Origin: Marsupella aquatica | Taxonomy: Eukaryota > Plantae > Marchantiophyta | Direction: 5' to 3' | Assembly (NCBI GenBank): GCA_973895155.1 | Contig: OZ316899.1 | Location: forward strand, 10,815,135 to 10,879,134 | Length of the DNA: 64,000 nucleotides | Shown here: piece after piece, positions 24,542 to 36,300 of the stretch | Position numbering within the stretch: the stretch's first letter is position 1 | Layout: each line of letters starts with the position of its first letter | Position numbers and translations under genes: made by a program | Notes under the pieces: generated by a model | What the model was told of the DNA's origin: nothing | The model's input: the letters and a program-made list of their open reading frames with translations, nothing else | Databases searched by the model: none

Positions 24542-25262
24542 ATGGAAATTTCGTTTTGCTGATCGCTTTAAGCTAGCGCCGGGCGCTGCTAAAGTTTTCC
24601 GGATTTTGTGGCATTGAAGTCGACCTCAGCTCTGGTGTTAGGGTTTTCCCGGTTGTCTACTATTTAGGTTTTGGCTAGCGCCGGGCGCTATTGAAACGAC
24701 AACGGATTTTGTGGGAGGGAATGGATCTTGACTATGTTGTCTGGGTTTGGACGCATCTTGTCTCCAAGAAACGACTAGTTTTCTAGTTAGTTTTTGGCTA
24801 GCGCCGAGCGCTGTTCATGTATTAGTCGAAAACCTCCGACGGTGTCGACCGTGACTTCATGGATGGGATTTTTAGGCCAGATTGTTGATGTTGATAACTG
24901 CATTTTGTATCACTTAAGCCGAGCGCGTTTTCTATTTTACGATAATATATGCGAATGTTTTTTCCGGCCTTTCTTTTCTACTTGTATTTGTCTTGGATTT
25001 TGTGTATCTCAATTGGCAACCGTCTTTTATGTTTCAAAAAATTGTTCCCGTGTTGTTCTTTTATTTATCACGAGGGTTTGGTGGTTTTGTTTTCTATTCT
25101 TGTACTTTCAAATGGAGATTTTGAGACCTTTTTTTAAGATCACTGTTCACGACCATCCAAACACTGTTCACTGGTAACAGCTCCTTTTAACTGGTACCAG
25201 AATCTGTTTCCTGTTACTGTTATCTGTTTGCTGTCGTTTGTAAATTCCCCCCTAAAGTAATC

Positions 25263-25886
25263 CTAATCCCATTCATAATGTGTAAACAACTCCTCTCCAG
25301 CCAAAATGGTCCTATTAGCTATAACTAGACAATGGTCATGATGATATCTCTGCCCATAAGGGGCTGGAGGGGGACCATCAACAAAAACCCATTCACAGTT
25401 TTTCCTACGCTTAGGCCGGGTCCCCACAGTACTGTTGATGAAACCGGCAATATTCCCACTACGGATGGGATCACCATCAATTATACGCTGGTCACAATAC
25501 TTTATGGTGCAACCATCAAAAGTATCCATGTCCAATGCATAAGTCTTCCACTCAGGGTGTTGAACAAGGATCATGTTCCAATGTCTCCTCTTGTAAATGG
25601 GTCCACCATACGGGAACAACGTTGGTCCATCCGAAGAGCGCCCTTTTCCACCCATATCATCCACAATAATGTCCTGACAAGAGAAAATCCCATACCCATG
25701 CCTCTCCCCTAGGGTCGAACTCTTAACAACCCAACTTCTTCCCCAAACTTCTATCTCCTCACCATAGGTTATATCACATGGCAAACCAAGGCACTCCGGA
25801 TTCCAATCCTTTATGATAGGAACACACTTCCCTGTGAAGGTACAAGGGCCCCATCTACCATCAACCCTACAAGTGTACTGATCCAC
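25263..25886 (-). CDS. SET-domain (lysine methyltransferase-like) ORF within the CACTA transposase intron
   Basis: VVKSSTLGERHGYGIFSCQDI, LFPYGG, IIDGD..GNIAGFINST, NCEWV, IANRTILAGEELFTHYEW match the canonical SET motifs (GxG, YxG, RFxNHS, GEELxxDY). Confidence 0.85.
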   Translation of the reverse strand: MDQYTCRVDGRWGPCTFTGKCVPIIKDWNPECLGLPCDITYGEEIEVWGRSWVVKSSTLGERHGYGIFSCQDIIVDDMGGKGRSSDGPTLFPYGGPIYKRRHWNMILVQHPEWKTYALDMDTFDGCTIKYCDQRIIDGDPIRSGNIAGFINSTVGTRPKRRKNCEWVFVDGPPPAPYGQRYHHDHCLVIANRTILAGEELFTHYEWD

Positions 25887-25962
25887 TTCCCCTCTAGGCT
25901 GTCTTTTTTACTTTTTTTCCCTCTTGTAACAATACCGTCACCCTGAATTGTCCCAACACTAC

Positions 25963-26423
25963 CTTGCCCTGCTGCCACTAAACGAAAAGCTTGTGAAAGT
26001 GCCGAGCCTATAGCATCTAGAACTCCTTGTGAGGGAACATAGGGTGTTGGTGTAGTGGGTGTAGGCCTACTGGATACCTATAGGAAGAAATGGAGCCAAG
26101 TGAGTGTGATGAACCTCCCAAATTTTATTTTATGCTACCTAGCAAGATTTACAAAATAAAATGGAAATCACATTAAGTTTACAACTCACCATACGGGATG
26201 AAGAAGCTCCCGGTGTAAGACCTCGATGTTGGCCATATCGAGCAATGTGCTCCGCACATACATATGACTTTTGGACAACCATCCCCACACATTTTTTACA
26301 ACCACAAAGTTGGCGTGGTGGACCACTAGGTCGACGTATGGTTGGTTCAGGCTGAGGAGGACGACAACTTTCTTCATCGGAAGAGGAATCTGATGTGGTG
26401 GAAGTTGTAGAGGATGAAGACAT
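25963..26423 (-). CDS. tnpD: CACTA TnpD first coding exons (26423-26190, 26077-25963) with transposase-associated Cys/His motif
   Basis: MSSSS...QLCGCKKC...VCAEHIARYG. The donor CAAG|GTAGTG at 25963 splices in phase 1 to acceptor CAG|ATTCC at 13929, in frame with DSSSSDND of the transposase. Confidence 0.75.
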
Positions 26424-26859
26424 CTGAAAAGTATAGCAATTGGAAGGCGATTAGTAAAAACTTCACCAAAACCATCATTGATAATCCCTACCTAAACATA
26501 TTAAAAAGAATTGACAGAAAAATACCTTTATGAGACCCGGGCTTAGCAATGCCTTGACGGATCTTGTGGCTCAAATTTCATGAACCAAATCTGGAAGGAG
26601 GGGAAATCTGCCAATATACAATGAATTCAGCCATGCCTTATGGTGAACCAAAAAAAAAGGATGATAGATTGTAACCCTCCATATTTACAGCAATGACTAG
26701 AAATGCATGAGAAAACATTATACCTTTCAGATGCCCGGGCTCTGGCAAGGCATTATCATGCATTAGCCAAAACTTTAAAAAACATGGGGAAGTGCCCTAC
26801 AACGCCAAAGAGTTTTCCACTCCATGTTAATGAGATAGAGAAAGAAATATAAGTAACCC

Positions 26860-27420
26860 AAACCCTACCCTAAACCCAAACCATGAAATGAAACCTTCAT
26901 TAAAACCTAACCCAAATCCCTCAATCACCCTAAACCCTTACCCTTATCCTAACCAATCCCTCATTAAAAATTCAAACCTTTACCCTAAACCCAAACCCCT
27001 ACCCTAAACCCAAACCATGAAATGAAACCCTTCATTAAAACCTAACCCAAATCCCTCAAGCACCCTAAACCCTTACCCTTATCCTAACCAATACCCAAAT
27101 CCCTCATTAAAAATTCAAACCTTTACCCTAAACCCAACCCAAATCCCCCAATTACATATAAAACCCTTACCCTATCTACACCTTACTTTACCTATATAGG
27201 CCAACCCCCCACCCCTATATTTATTCTAAACTTCACCCTAACCCCTAAATTGAGGCCCTTTTTTAAAACTTAAGCAAAAATTGTACCCCCTCAATTAGAA
27301 CCAAATCCAACCCTATATCATGTTACACCCCAACCCAAGTTTTAACCCCCTTAATTAAACCAAATACTCCTAGATTAAAACCAAATATAAACCTAGCCTT
27401 TAATTAAACCCAAACCTTTG
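26860..27420. repeat. Telomere-like (AAACCCT/CCCTAAA)-rich tract with a ~135-bp tandem duplication between the divergent CACTA genes
   Basis: accctaaacccaaaccatgaaatgaaacc... repeated at ~26867 and ~27001; strong C/A strand bias. Confidence 0.7.
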
Positions 27421-27915
27421 TTAACTTATATTCTAGTTATCCTTACAACCCAAACATCCATTGACACCCCTTCCATGTTAACTTATGGGCACTTAACATA
27501 CCTTAAATGTCGTTTGACAAACCTTAATAGCCATTTGACACCCCAAAGTGTTTTCCAACCCTAAACCGATAAGACCTGCCTCGCAAATTATTTCACAAGT
27601 TAGAGAATCTTTTTGCAAATCTACGGCCTTCGCACTTACTTCGCAAAAATAGAGGCCGAGAACGATTTTTTGGGTCTTCTGCGGGTTGCAATGGCCTTGC
27701 GAAGGGAATAGATTTGGAAGTGCCTCGCAAGTTGCGAGACTATTTGCGAGGGCGCGGGCTTCGCAGTTTCCCATGCGTATGTCATCACAAACCCATTTTT
27801 GAACGGTGTAAACATCGGCGGGAGCTCACATTGGGGCTCATTTCAGTTTTTGAGCTAGACGAGAAGGGCCAGGGCACGCATGACAGTACGAGGGAGACTC
27901 TGAGAGAGGGGAGCT

Positions 27916-29956
27916 ATGGCTACCGGTGAGGGGAGTGGAGGGCAAGGTGGTAGTGGTAGTGGTAGTGGTAGTGGCAATGGGGGAAATCCAGAGAAAGAGA
28001 AGAATGCCTGGGCAGACTTAGTGGCCCAACATCTCAGTGCTGCACAATTGGGAGAAGTGAATCTCAATTCTCCAGCAGGGCTTGCCTCTTTGAGTGCCAT
28101 TCTTGGACAGGTTTTGCAAACTGGGATTGTAGCAGGACAAGCTACTAGAGAGGGGGAGGAGAGGGCCGCAGCTGAAGAGAAGGCTAGAGAGAAAAAAAGG
28201 AACAGAGAGGAAAGAACTAAGTTGGGAGTTGCCTCTCCTTAAGCCCTAGAGAAGCAGAAGAGAAGAGAGGAGAGAGATTCAATTCGAAAATAGAGGGAGG
28301 AGCAACGTCAGAAAGAGGAAGCAAGAAAAAAACTTCCATTCATTGCCTTGGAGACGAGTGGGACTCCAACTGAGCTAGCGTATGTAGGGGCTAAGAGCAC
28401 AATCAAGCAGATTATCACAAGCAATTTCTCACGAGGCATGCTGTGGGGGAAGATTGAGAAGGCAGAGCAAAAGAGGGTCATCAACCAAATCAAGGATGCA
28501 TTTCGCAATGGGCCTGACATAGATGAGCAATGATTGGCAGATAGGATTTCAAATTCTATGTCTCAAATGCGATACCATGACAGGATGAAGATTAGAGCCC
28601 ACCTGAAAGACTTGAGATCATACAGGAACTTGCGCAGACCCCTCCACTTCACCAAGGACATCTGGAATTTGTTTTACAAGATTGAGGTGCAAATTAAGGC
28701 AGCTCACAAGTTGGAAGAGTGGAAGGGCAATCTAGATCGAGCCTTGAGAGCAAAGGAGGCCGGGAAGCTCCCCCCTGACCACGACCTGAAGCCACTTGAG
28801 CAGAAGGTAGCTGAGATGCAGAAGGTGGCCGACCAGGAGGGAAAGCCACCCAAGCGTTTCACAGATGCAGCCAAACGAGTGAAATCCACCCCCAATCCAG
28901 TCCACAAGTTGGGTCAAGGCGGGCTCCCCGGCCTCAAGTCACACTTTGTGAGTGCCTCTTGCTCCTCCCTAACCTCTCTATTCCTTTCAGAGTTGTGCAA
29001 TGCAAGTGAATGACATCCCCGAATGTTCTTGCTGTTGTGCATGCTTGCTTGGTTACTAGTTTAGGACAACTCTGACACTTAGAATTTTTGGCAAATTTTT
29101 AAAAACTCTCGGGAACACAGTTTGCGAAGGTGTTGCGATGCGCATTTGTTCGCAAACCCCTCGCAAAGTCTATCATGGACTTTTTCCATTTCAATTTTCC
29201 GATGCCTTTGCGAACAAATGCGCATCACAAACTCCATCGCAACGCCTTTGCAAAAAATGTGGTTTGCAAGTTGCCATGCTTATAGGTTCGCAAATTTGAA
29301 TTTTAAAATTTTTTTGGGTCGTGTTTAGTAGGATAGGATTTAGGCGTCACTTGTGGCTATAGGGTATGCTTAAGGGCAAATTTAACCAATTTTAATTGGT
29401 TTTATGCATGGCAGTATCGTAGGTACAAAAGGAAGATATCAAAAAAGCATATTGAGGTGGCAATAGAGCATGGACGAAAGTACCTCTTTGCGATGGTAGA
29501 TGCCGAGTTGGCTACTGTAAGAGTCTAAGTGTGAACCATATGATTAGCATGCAAACATTGTGAGTGACCCTTTATGTCTTGCGGAAACTAATGATATGTA
29601 ATGGATGCAGGATTCGGATGAGCCTGAGGGGTCGGGTGCTGATGTGAGCAATAGTGATGACGATGAGGGGGCTACTCCTGGTACTAGTAGTGCTCGGGGG
29701 GAATAGTTGTGAGGTAGGTTCTTCCCATCGTGGTAGTGGTGGTAGTCGTGTGTCACCAGCACACGTTGATGACCAGGGGGAGGAGGAGGATCCTGAGGAT
29801 GAGGAGGAGCAAGAGGGGCAGGAGGAGCCAGAGGAGCAGCAGGAGCAGGAGTGCCAACGGCCATCACGCACCCGTCACCAACAGGATCCCCGGAAGGATA
29901 AGGGCAAGAAGCCAGCCAAGAAGCCAACCAAGAGGAGCCGCAAGAGCCCATTCTAG
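27916..29956 (+). pseudogene. CACTA ORF2 (TnpA/Ptta-like), exons 27916-28947, 29415-29516, 29611-29956, several stops
   Basis: Divergent from tnpD; IWNLFY...VHKLGQGGL resembles the Ptta/En-Spm HxxGxxG motif; clean GT-AG phase-0 introns; acidic/basic tail. Confidence 0.6.
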
Positions 29957-30741
29957 TTATTTTGTAGAGATACATGCATGAGAGTGACTTGTCATGCCAG
30001 AGCTTAGGGTAGGAAGAGGCAGCATAGGTTTAGAAGGGCGGACCTAGCATCAGATATTTCCCCCCTCTTGTCCATGTATAGGGTTCTTTGAAGCCCTATC
30101 ATTTTGTTCATGCTTTTCCATTTTATAAAACAACAATTTTGCCTTCCACATTGGGTCCCAAGGAAAACCCCTCACAAATAATGTATTGAATCCTCTGTGA
30201 TCATAATTTTGCGAACCCTTTAAGAACTCATTCCCATCGCACAATATAAACCCCAAGGCGTCGCACTTTTTGAGTCAATTAACTTCAGAACTTCAGATCC
30301 AAATATGTCGGGTTTTTGTGATACTTCTAGGATCGCACTTTCCTAATCAAAACCGTTCACAAACTTCTGAAATCACCGGTATCGCTCTTTGTCATACAAT
30401 CCCCATCAAAACAATTGAACCAGTATCTTTCACAAATATGATGCGATGGTAAATCCTTCTCAAATATTGACGCCCCCGCGGGATGTGTGCGTGTATGTTT
30501 GCAAACCTTATGCGACGTATAATGGATCGCACAAGTATTGAATCTTGCGAACCTCTCAGCTTTGCAGTTTGCCATGGTATTGCAATGCCGTTGCGATGGT
30601 CCGCGTGCAAAGTTATTAGGTTCGCAAAGTGCGAAGGTGGTGCGATGCGCGTATGTTCGCAATGGCCAGAATTATGAAAATCAGGGGCTTGTTAGTTGCG
30701 ATGAGATTGTCTTCGTAAAACCGGCCGATAGTGTTGTAGTG

Positions 30742-31872
30742 CAATCGCACATTGCAGATGATTCTCTCACAGTTTGGGAGATTGCCGCAACACCTAAAGT
30801 TAATTTGATGGAGCCCCGAGAAGATGCAGCTCGTCTGAAGGAATTCGTTCAGCAGATAATCAGTTTCGTGGAGCCCTCTGTTGACTTCCTACGCTACTAT
30901 CGATTTAAAAAGAGTGTTGTCTGTTTCCAGCATCGATTCCCAGAATTTGATAAGAGGATGGGTGTGCCATTCCATAAAGTTTATCAGGTATGGATTAAAG
31001 CCAATGCTGAGACCCGGGAGTTCATTGCGTTTGCCCTAGTTTATGGTGATTTGAAGGTGGAAGATATTTCCCTTGCCACCCGGCTATTGGGAAATCTCCC
31101 GGCATGGGCAACCAAATTTCAATGTGCTTATCTAGATGCCCTAGATAAACACCTTTCCCATCTGTCGGCTGGAGACATTGAGATTGATGTCAGCGTTCCA
31201 GTTCATTTTGTTCTAGCCAGCCCAACCACGTCGATCAATTTTGATTTGCGGGCACGGGCACGACAAGCAATTGTTCTTGCGGAGAGTAAGGTACTCTTAG
31301 GTGACTTGCAGCTACATCTTGCTAATTTTTGTAAGTTGCTCGCACCTACAGTCTTTGAGAGAATCCAGCAGATTGGAGGCAATTCTGGGTTGAGCATCGA
31401 GAAACTGGAACGAGCAATTGTAGCATCAGCTCGGGTGCAGAAGTTTTTTCTTTCTGGAGAATTTTTTTTATTGCATGATGAGCTTCGTCACCATACCTGC
31501 CCCACTCCCATGATAGATAGAGAGTAAATTTTTGTTGCTAACATGTTGGAACAAAATTGGCTGTTCGATCCCTTACCAGTTACACCTGACTATTCTCATC
31601 CAGAAAAGGAGGAAGAAATAGATTTGACTATAGCAACAAAACCTCCTGTTTCTTTGGCTTGTGATGTTCTACCTATAGAAGATGAACCGGAAGAAGAGGA
31701 GGAGCCAAGTACAGAGGTTATTCAGATGGAAGCTGCTCAAGACTTATCAGAGCCATTGGTTTCCAGGAAGAAGAAACTGAAGCGCTCCCATCTAGATACC
31801 CTGAGCCCAGCACCAGTTTCTCTCAAGAAGCTTAAACGGAAGCTCAAGAAGGGATTCCCTCAGGCTTTGTAG
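30742..31872 (+). pseudogene. Gypsy B accessory ORF, 3' half (after the CACTA insertion)
   Basis: CAA TCG CAC.. (QSHIADD) continues the frame broken at 10003 to 31527; a basic/acidic tail follows at 31543-31872. Confidence 0.75.
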
Positions 31873-32953
31873 GAAGTCTACATTTACAATCTACTTTCTT
31901 TTGCTTCTTTTTGAATGGCACTACTCTATTTTGGGCTCCTACATACTCAAGAAACCTTTTGGGGGTTTGTTTTCAGTAAAATGTTATTTCCGGTTTTCCA
32001 TCAGCCTTACTTTATCAATTTCTATCTCAACTGAATCTTTTTAACCTTTCACCTTGTTAAAGTTTACTTCTGCAACACATCAACTTTATTTTCTTCTTTG
32101 TTCCAAGTTCTTACTGAACATTTACCTTGCAAAGTTTTTATTTTCAGAAGAGACAAAGAATCACTTCATTCAAAATTACCGAAAAGCAATTCTTTCATTC
32201 AAAACATCAAGTATTATATTAATCGCTTGTCCTGTCCCCCTACTTTTTGTTCAATGTGATCCAATTCGCTTTGGGATTATCCTTTGGAAGTAATTTCTTT
32301 TCTGTTCCAAACCACAAACATCAATTGCTTTACTCACACCAGTTTAAAAACAATTTATTTTCTTTTTGCAAGGTTCACTTCATCTTAACCATTTCTCCTT
32401 CCAGCCCATACCTCAAGTGACTTCCATTTTCCCTTCACATCTTTCCCAGTGGATCCCCAACCGTTCTTCTATTTGAAACGTTTTTCTTCCCTTCCGTCCG
32501 TTTCATTCATACTTTTAAAAGAAAAAAGTTGATCTCCAGCCTAACTTTATTTTGATTCCTTTCCTGGGTGAAGTCCTTTTACCTCCAAACCTTCCCTTCT
32601 ACTTGTCCCCATGTCTGGCCATAGAACTCCTGGTTCTATCAGGATTGCTGATTTGAGAAGAGCTCAGACCTTGAGTTTGAGAGGAAGGAACGGCCTACAT
32701 TGGATTGCCATTACTTGAAGAAGACGCCACCCTAGAAGATCATGGTGCTGAAGGAGATCATGACCTGGTACATCCAAAGAAGAAACTTTTCCAAGACTCA
32801 AGTGTTCGCGAGGTCACTTCACATTTGAGGAGGGGGTTATGTGGAATGGTAAAAAGGAACTATGGAGTGAAAGTGATCCATTTTAAAACATTTTAACCTT
32901 ACTTGAAGCTTATTTAGGTTTATCCGTCACCCCTTAATCCATTTTAAGCCTCA

Positions 32954-33341
32954 AAGGAATGCGAAGCGACCACCAGGAACCCTCCCACCACAAACAACCC
33001 CAGAAATTAACTACGCAGCACCACAAAGAGGAGAGGGGACATCCTACCGAGCCCGAAGAGGTGGCAGAGGGAGAGGCCCCTACAGGGGCCGAGGAACTAG
33101 CCCTCAGCACGGTGGAAGAGGGAGTTTCCCCCGTGGACAAGGTTGAGGCAGATCCCGATATAACGGAGGGAGCTCAAGGAACACCTGGAAACAAGACAAC
33201 AACAATCAGCCTCGGATGAAGCTCAACCAAGATCAACACACTCAAAGAGATACCCTCAAAAACCCTCCTCTATGTTTTCGCTGTGGAACTAAAGGGCATA
33301 TTCAGAAACTTTGCCGAGCACCTTCACACCTTGTGGCCCTT
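32954..33341 (+). pseudogene. gag: Copia gag C-terminal part (RGG-rich + zinc knuckle)
   Basis: NAKRPPG..PEINY..RGGRGRG..CFRCGTKGHIQKLCRAPSHLVAL, continuing in frame as YKKSIHKNEPE after the Gypsy C TSD. Confidence 0.85.
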
Positions 33342-36300
33342 TGTCACGTCGTAGGCTTCGGCCTTAACTCAAACTTCAGCTTAGACGGGCACATCCCTCG
33401 TAAATCTGAGGGTTCGGGCAGGAAGGGAAGCACGTAATGCACCTTATTCTCGTAAACTAGCGCTAAGTGCGCATACTGCTAAATACGGACACCTCCTAGG
33501 TATGGTTTGTGTTCCGCCGCCGGAACGTACCTTAGTCGATAGCAGGATCGACCCCGGCTTAAGGGCTTCTAAGCCTTCGTGCTGTCCGCCTTCGATCCGG
33601 ATTCGATGATACAGGTCCTCAACCCGTGCTCGCAACCACTTACCCGCAGGCTGCACCCTGTGCACGTCTCGGGTAGTGCGTTCGGCCTGGCGCTGCCACC
33701 CATATACGAGAAGCCCACACACATATGCGCACACATGCATACAATCTCGATTTACACGAAGGAAAATGATGGGAAAGGATTTTACTACAAAGGGAACATA
33801 TGCGTAGACTTAGTTGACATGACAGCCCTGGAATGCACAGGTTCAAGGCCGAGGGTGCACACTACAACGGAGCCCGGCTCCGCACTCGCCCGGCGAGCTT
33901 AGTCCTACCCCCTCCCCTTGGTACTCTGTCATTCCCAGAGGTCGGGACTCCCCGCATGTCCCGCGGATGTTCGACTCTGAAACTAAAACCCCCCCCCTTG
34001 CCTCTACCGAGGGGTGCACTAAATACTAAGAGCCGAGGAACGAGGTGTCCTCTCGCCGAAGATTCGCTGACTAAGGTCCTAACTAAGCTGATAGTCAGGC
34101 CGGAAAACGGCTGTGTCTTATTAGAAGATCCTAATCTACGCAGGCTGGACAGCAGGGCAGCGCTGCTGTACCTAAGGCAGGTGCCTGTCCCAAGAGCCTG
34201 ACTAAGCCAATCCTAATCCTAATCTATTCCTACTCCGCCGCTAATGCCTGGCACGCTTGCCAGAGCCGCCCGAATGGGAACGGCCATCCCGCTGCCTTCG
34301 AAGCCTGTCATTGTCCGCTTTGAGGAGCTGGACCTGGTCCAGCAGAGATTCGTTCTCTCGCCTCGCCGCGTCCGTCTCCTCTGCTGCCTCCTGACATGCC
34401 TCCTCCAGCTGCTGGGCGTCGCTCGTCAGTTTACTCGCCAGCTGGTCCTGCTTCTCGGCCTCGGTTTGGAGCCGCGCCATCTCGGCCTGCAGCGTGGCTA
34501 TCTCCGTCGCGTCCCGCTGGGCTCGCTCCTCGGCCTCCTCCAGGTCTTTCTGCCAGGTGACAGCTTGTTTCTTCAAACTGTCAATCTGGTTTCGGAGTCG
34601 TGTAATCTCGGCCTCGTTCCCAGCTTTGGCCTGTTCGGCTAGGGCGGTAAGAGTGTACGCCTTTGCTAACAACTCATCGGCGGCTGCAACCTTGGGTCGT
34701 AGTTGCAGAAGCTCAGCCTCTTGAGCCGCCACTTCGTTCTTTAGGTACACCGACTCCACCCGGTACCGCTCTATCCTCTGAAGGGCCTCCGACTGGGCCC
34801 GACCTGCCTTTACGGCGGCAACCAACTCCTGATTGAAGAAACAGGCTACCTTCCGGGCCATGAACTCCCCGGTATCCCGGGCAATTTGATGAGAGAAATC
34901 TCCCAGAAGCCCGTTCAGAAACGTACCCTGTACGAAGAGTTCCGGGTGGTCCAAGTTGTGCCTGTCCGGATTTGGGCACGGGCAGACATCAACACGCGCA
35001 GGGGCCGGGGCAGTGACGTCCAGCCCTGGGGACATAACGTTGGAAGGGGCTGGAGTGTCCTCCTGCAGCGATGTCCGGTTCTCCGGAATTGCCACCGGCG
35101 GGTCCTTGGGAGACCCGGGTTCGGGTAAGACCTCTGTCGTACCAACTTCTATACTTAGCCCGGCTAGTTGGGTCGCATCAACGGTTGCGACGACCGACCC
35201 CTCCGGCGCCTCCTCGGTTACGATTACAGCTATTTGTGGAGGTGGGGTGGGTGAAGCTGGCATGTCCACTGGACTTCGGGCCTCGGGTTGGGGCCGTCTC
35301 TCCAATGCCGGAAAAACCCACCTAGCTGGGACCAGCTTTGTAACGTTGATGCGGGGAAGGGTTCATCGATCAAACTGGGCGTACCACTCAAGAATGATTT
35401 TGATATGGCTAGCAAAATACGCCTTCCCGCCAATGTACAACGTCTTCCTTCGCCGCTCCATCTCTTCATGGAATTTCTTAGCGAAGTACGACGCCCATTT
35501 CCTAGGTCGATAGTTCTCGACCTGGATAACCTGGGCGGCGGAGATCTCCCCCCGGGGTTCCATCATGTGGAGAGCGTACCTCTGGAACTCCAGCCGCTCA
35601 GCTATCTCGGGCATGAGGCAGGTCCTCATCACGAACCCGTTGTCTACTGATCCCTCTGAGGGAAAACTTGAAGATTGGTACTTGGCCCCCTTGCCCCCGG
35701 GAGCCCGTGATTCGACTCGATGGTCACCTTCGGGTAACCCGAAGATCATCTTGAGCCATTCTTCTGTGAGGGACATATTCCTTCCCCGCAGCCGAGTCTG
35801 TTGACGTACGTCGTCATAATTCTTGATGAATTCTGTCATGTCCTCCCCGTAGTACCTGCAAGTGTTCCAGGGGAGAGAGGTGAGGTGCTCAAATCCCTGA
35901 GTCTTCAGGTACACCGCATGCTTGGGATGGAGGATGTTGCTATGAACGTTTTCCCCCATGCGATGCATCGTCACCTTGGCTACGGCTACCGTGGCCAACG
36001 GTAACCCGGATGCAGTGGCGGATTCCTTCCTCTTCTTTCCCCGTGACTGACTCGGGGAAGGTGATACTTCCCCATCCTCCCGATCGGGCCTGGGGAGTGC
36101 CACTGCGGTTGGTAACGGGCCCGGGGCGGCCACGATCACTATGTTGTCTGCTGGGGCCGCTCCTGGGGTTAGAGCAGGGGGTGGGGACGATATAGTGTCG
36201 GCCCCCCGCGCGCTTGTTCCTCTGGGCCGCCTGGTCAAGGGTGGGGTAGCCTCGTCGTCATCGCTAAGATCCATAGCATTGATGACGGAGCGTACCTGTG

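Larger units (their letters stand above)
14558..24812. repeat. Dispersed 13-bp palindrome AGCGCCNGGCGCT, 16 copies confined to the MULE
   Basis: Copies start at 14558, 16249, 16383, 18708, 18771, 18906, 19054, 19116, 20201, 21630, 21723, 23518, 23624, 24575, 24677, 24800 (0-1 mismatch), all intronic or intergenic under my gene models. Confidence 0.9.
13964..25249 (-). mobile_element. Mutator-like element (MULE), 11.3 kb, nested in a CACTA transposase intron
   Basis: 9-bp TSD CCCTAAAGT at 13955-13963 and 25250-25258. Ends GGGTATGATAGCCACGACAGAAAACAG / rc GGGAATTTACAAACGACAGCAAACAG (degenerate TIR). Encodes a MULE transposase. Confidence 0.92.
10004..30741 (-). mobile_element. CACTA (En/Spm) DNA transposon, 20.7 kb including the nested MULE
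   Basis: caa|CACTACTACATATTGGCC ... GGCCGATAGTGTTGTAGTG|caa: imperfect TIRs and 3-bp TSD CAA (10001-3, 30742-4). Removing it rejoins the host ORF in frame (SPQ/SHIADD). Confidence 0.95.
2219..32953 (+). mobile_element. Ty3/Gypsy (non-chromovirus, Athila/Tat/Phygy-like) retrotransposon B, decayed, interrupted by the CACTA at 10004-30741; 5' LTR not found, 3' end approximate
   Basis: gag-PR-RT-RH-IN order at 2219-8201, PPT then TG at 8238, accessory ORF resuming in frame after the CACTA. Sequence switches to Copia gag after ...aagcctCA (32953). Confidence 0.75.

Noticed and set aside
26860-27420. True telomere or interstitial telomeric array
   Set aside because: Repeats are degenerate and interspersed, with no run of perfect TTTAGGG units.
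30538-30741. N-terminus of the 329-aa ORF 30538-31527
   Set aside because: It is CACTA subterminal DNA fortuitously in frame; the real upstream coding part is at 8677-10003.
33444-34201. Short ORFs duplicated at 43536-44294
   Set aside because: Duplicated only because they lie in the LTRs; no motifs, and frames differ between the copies.
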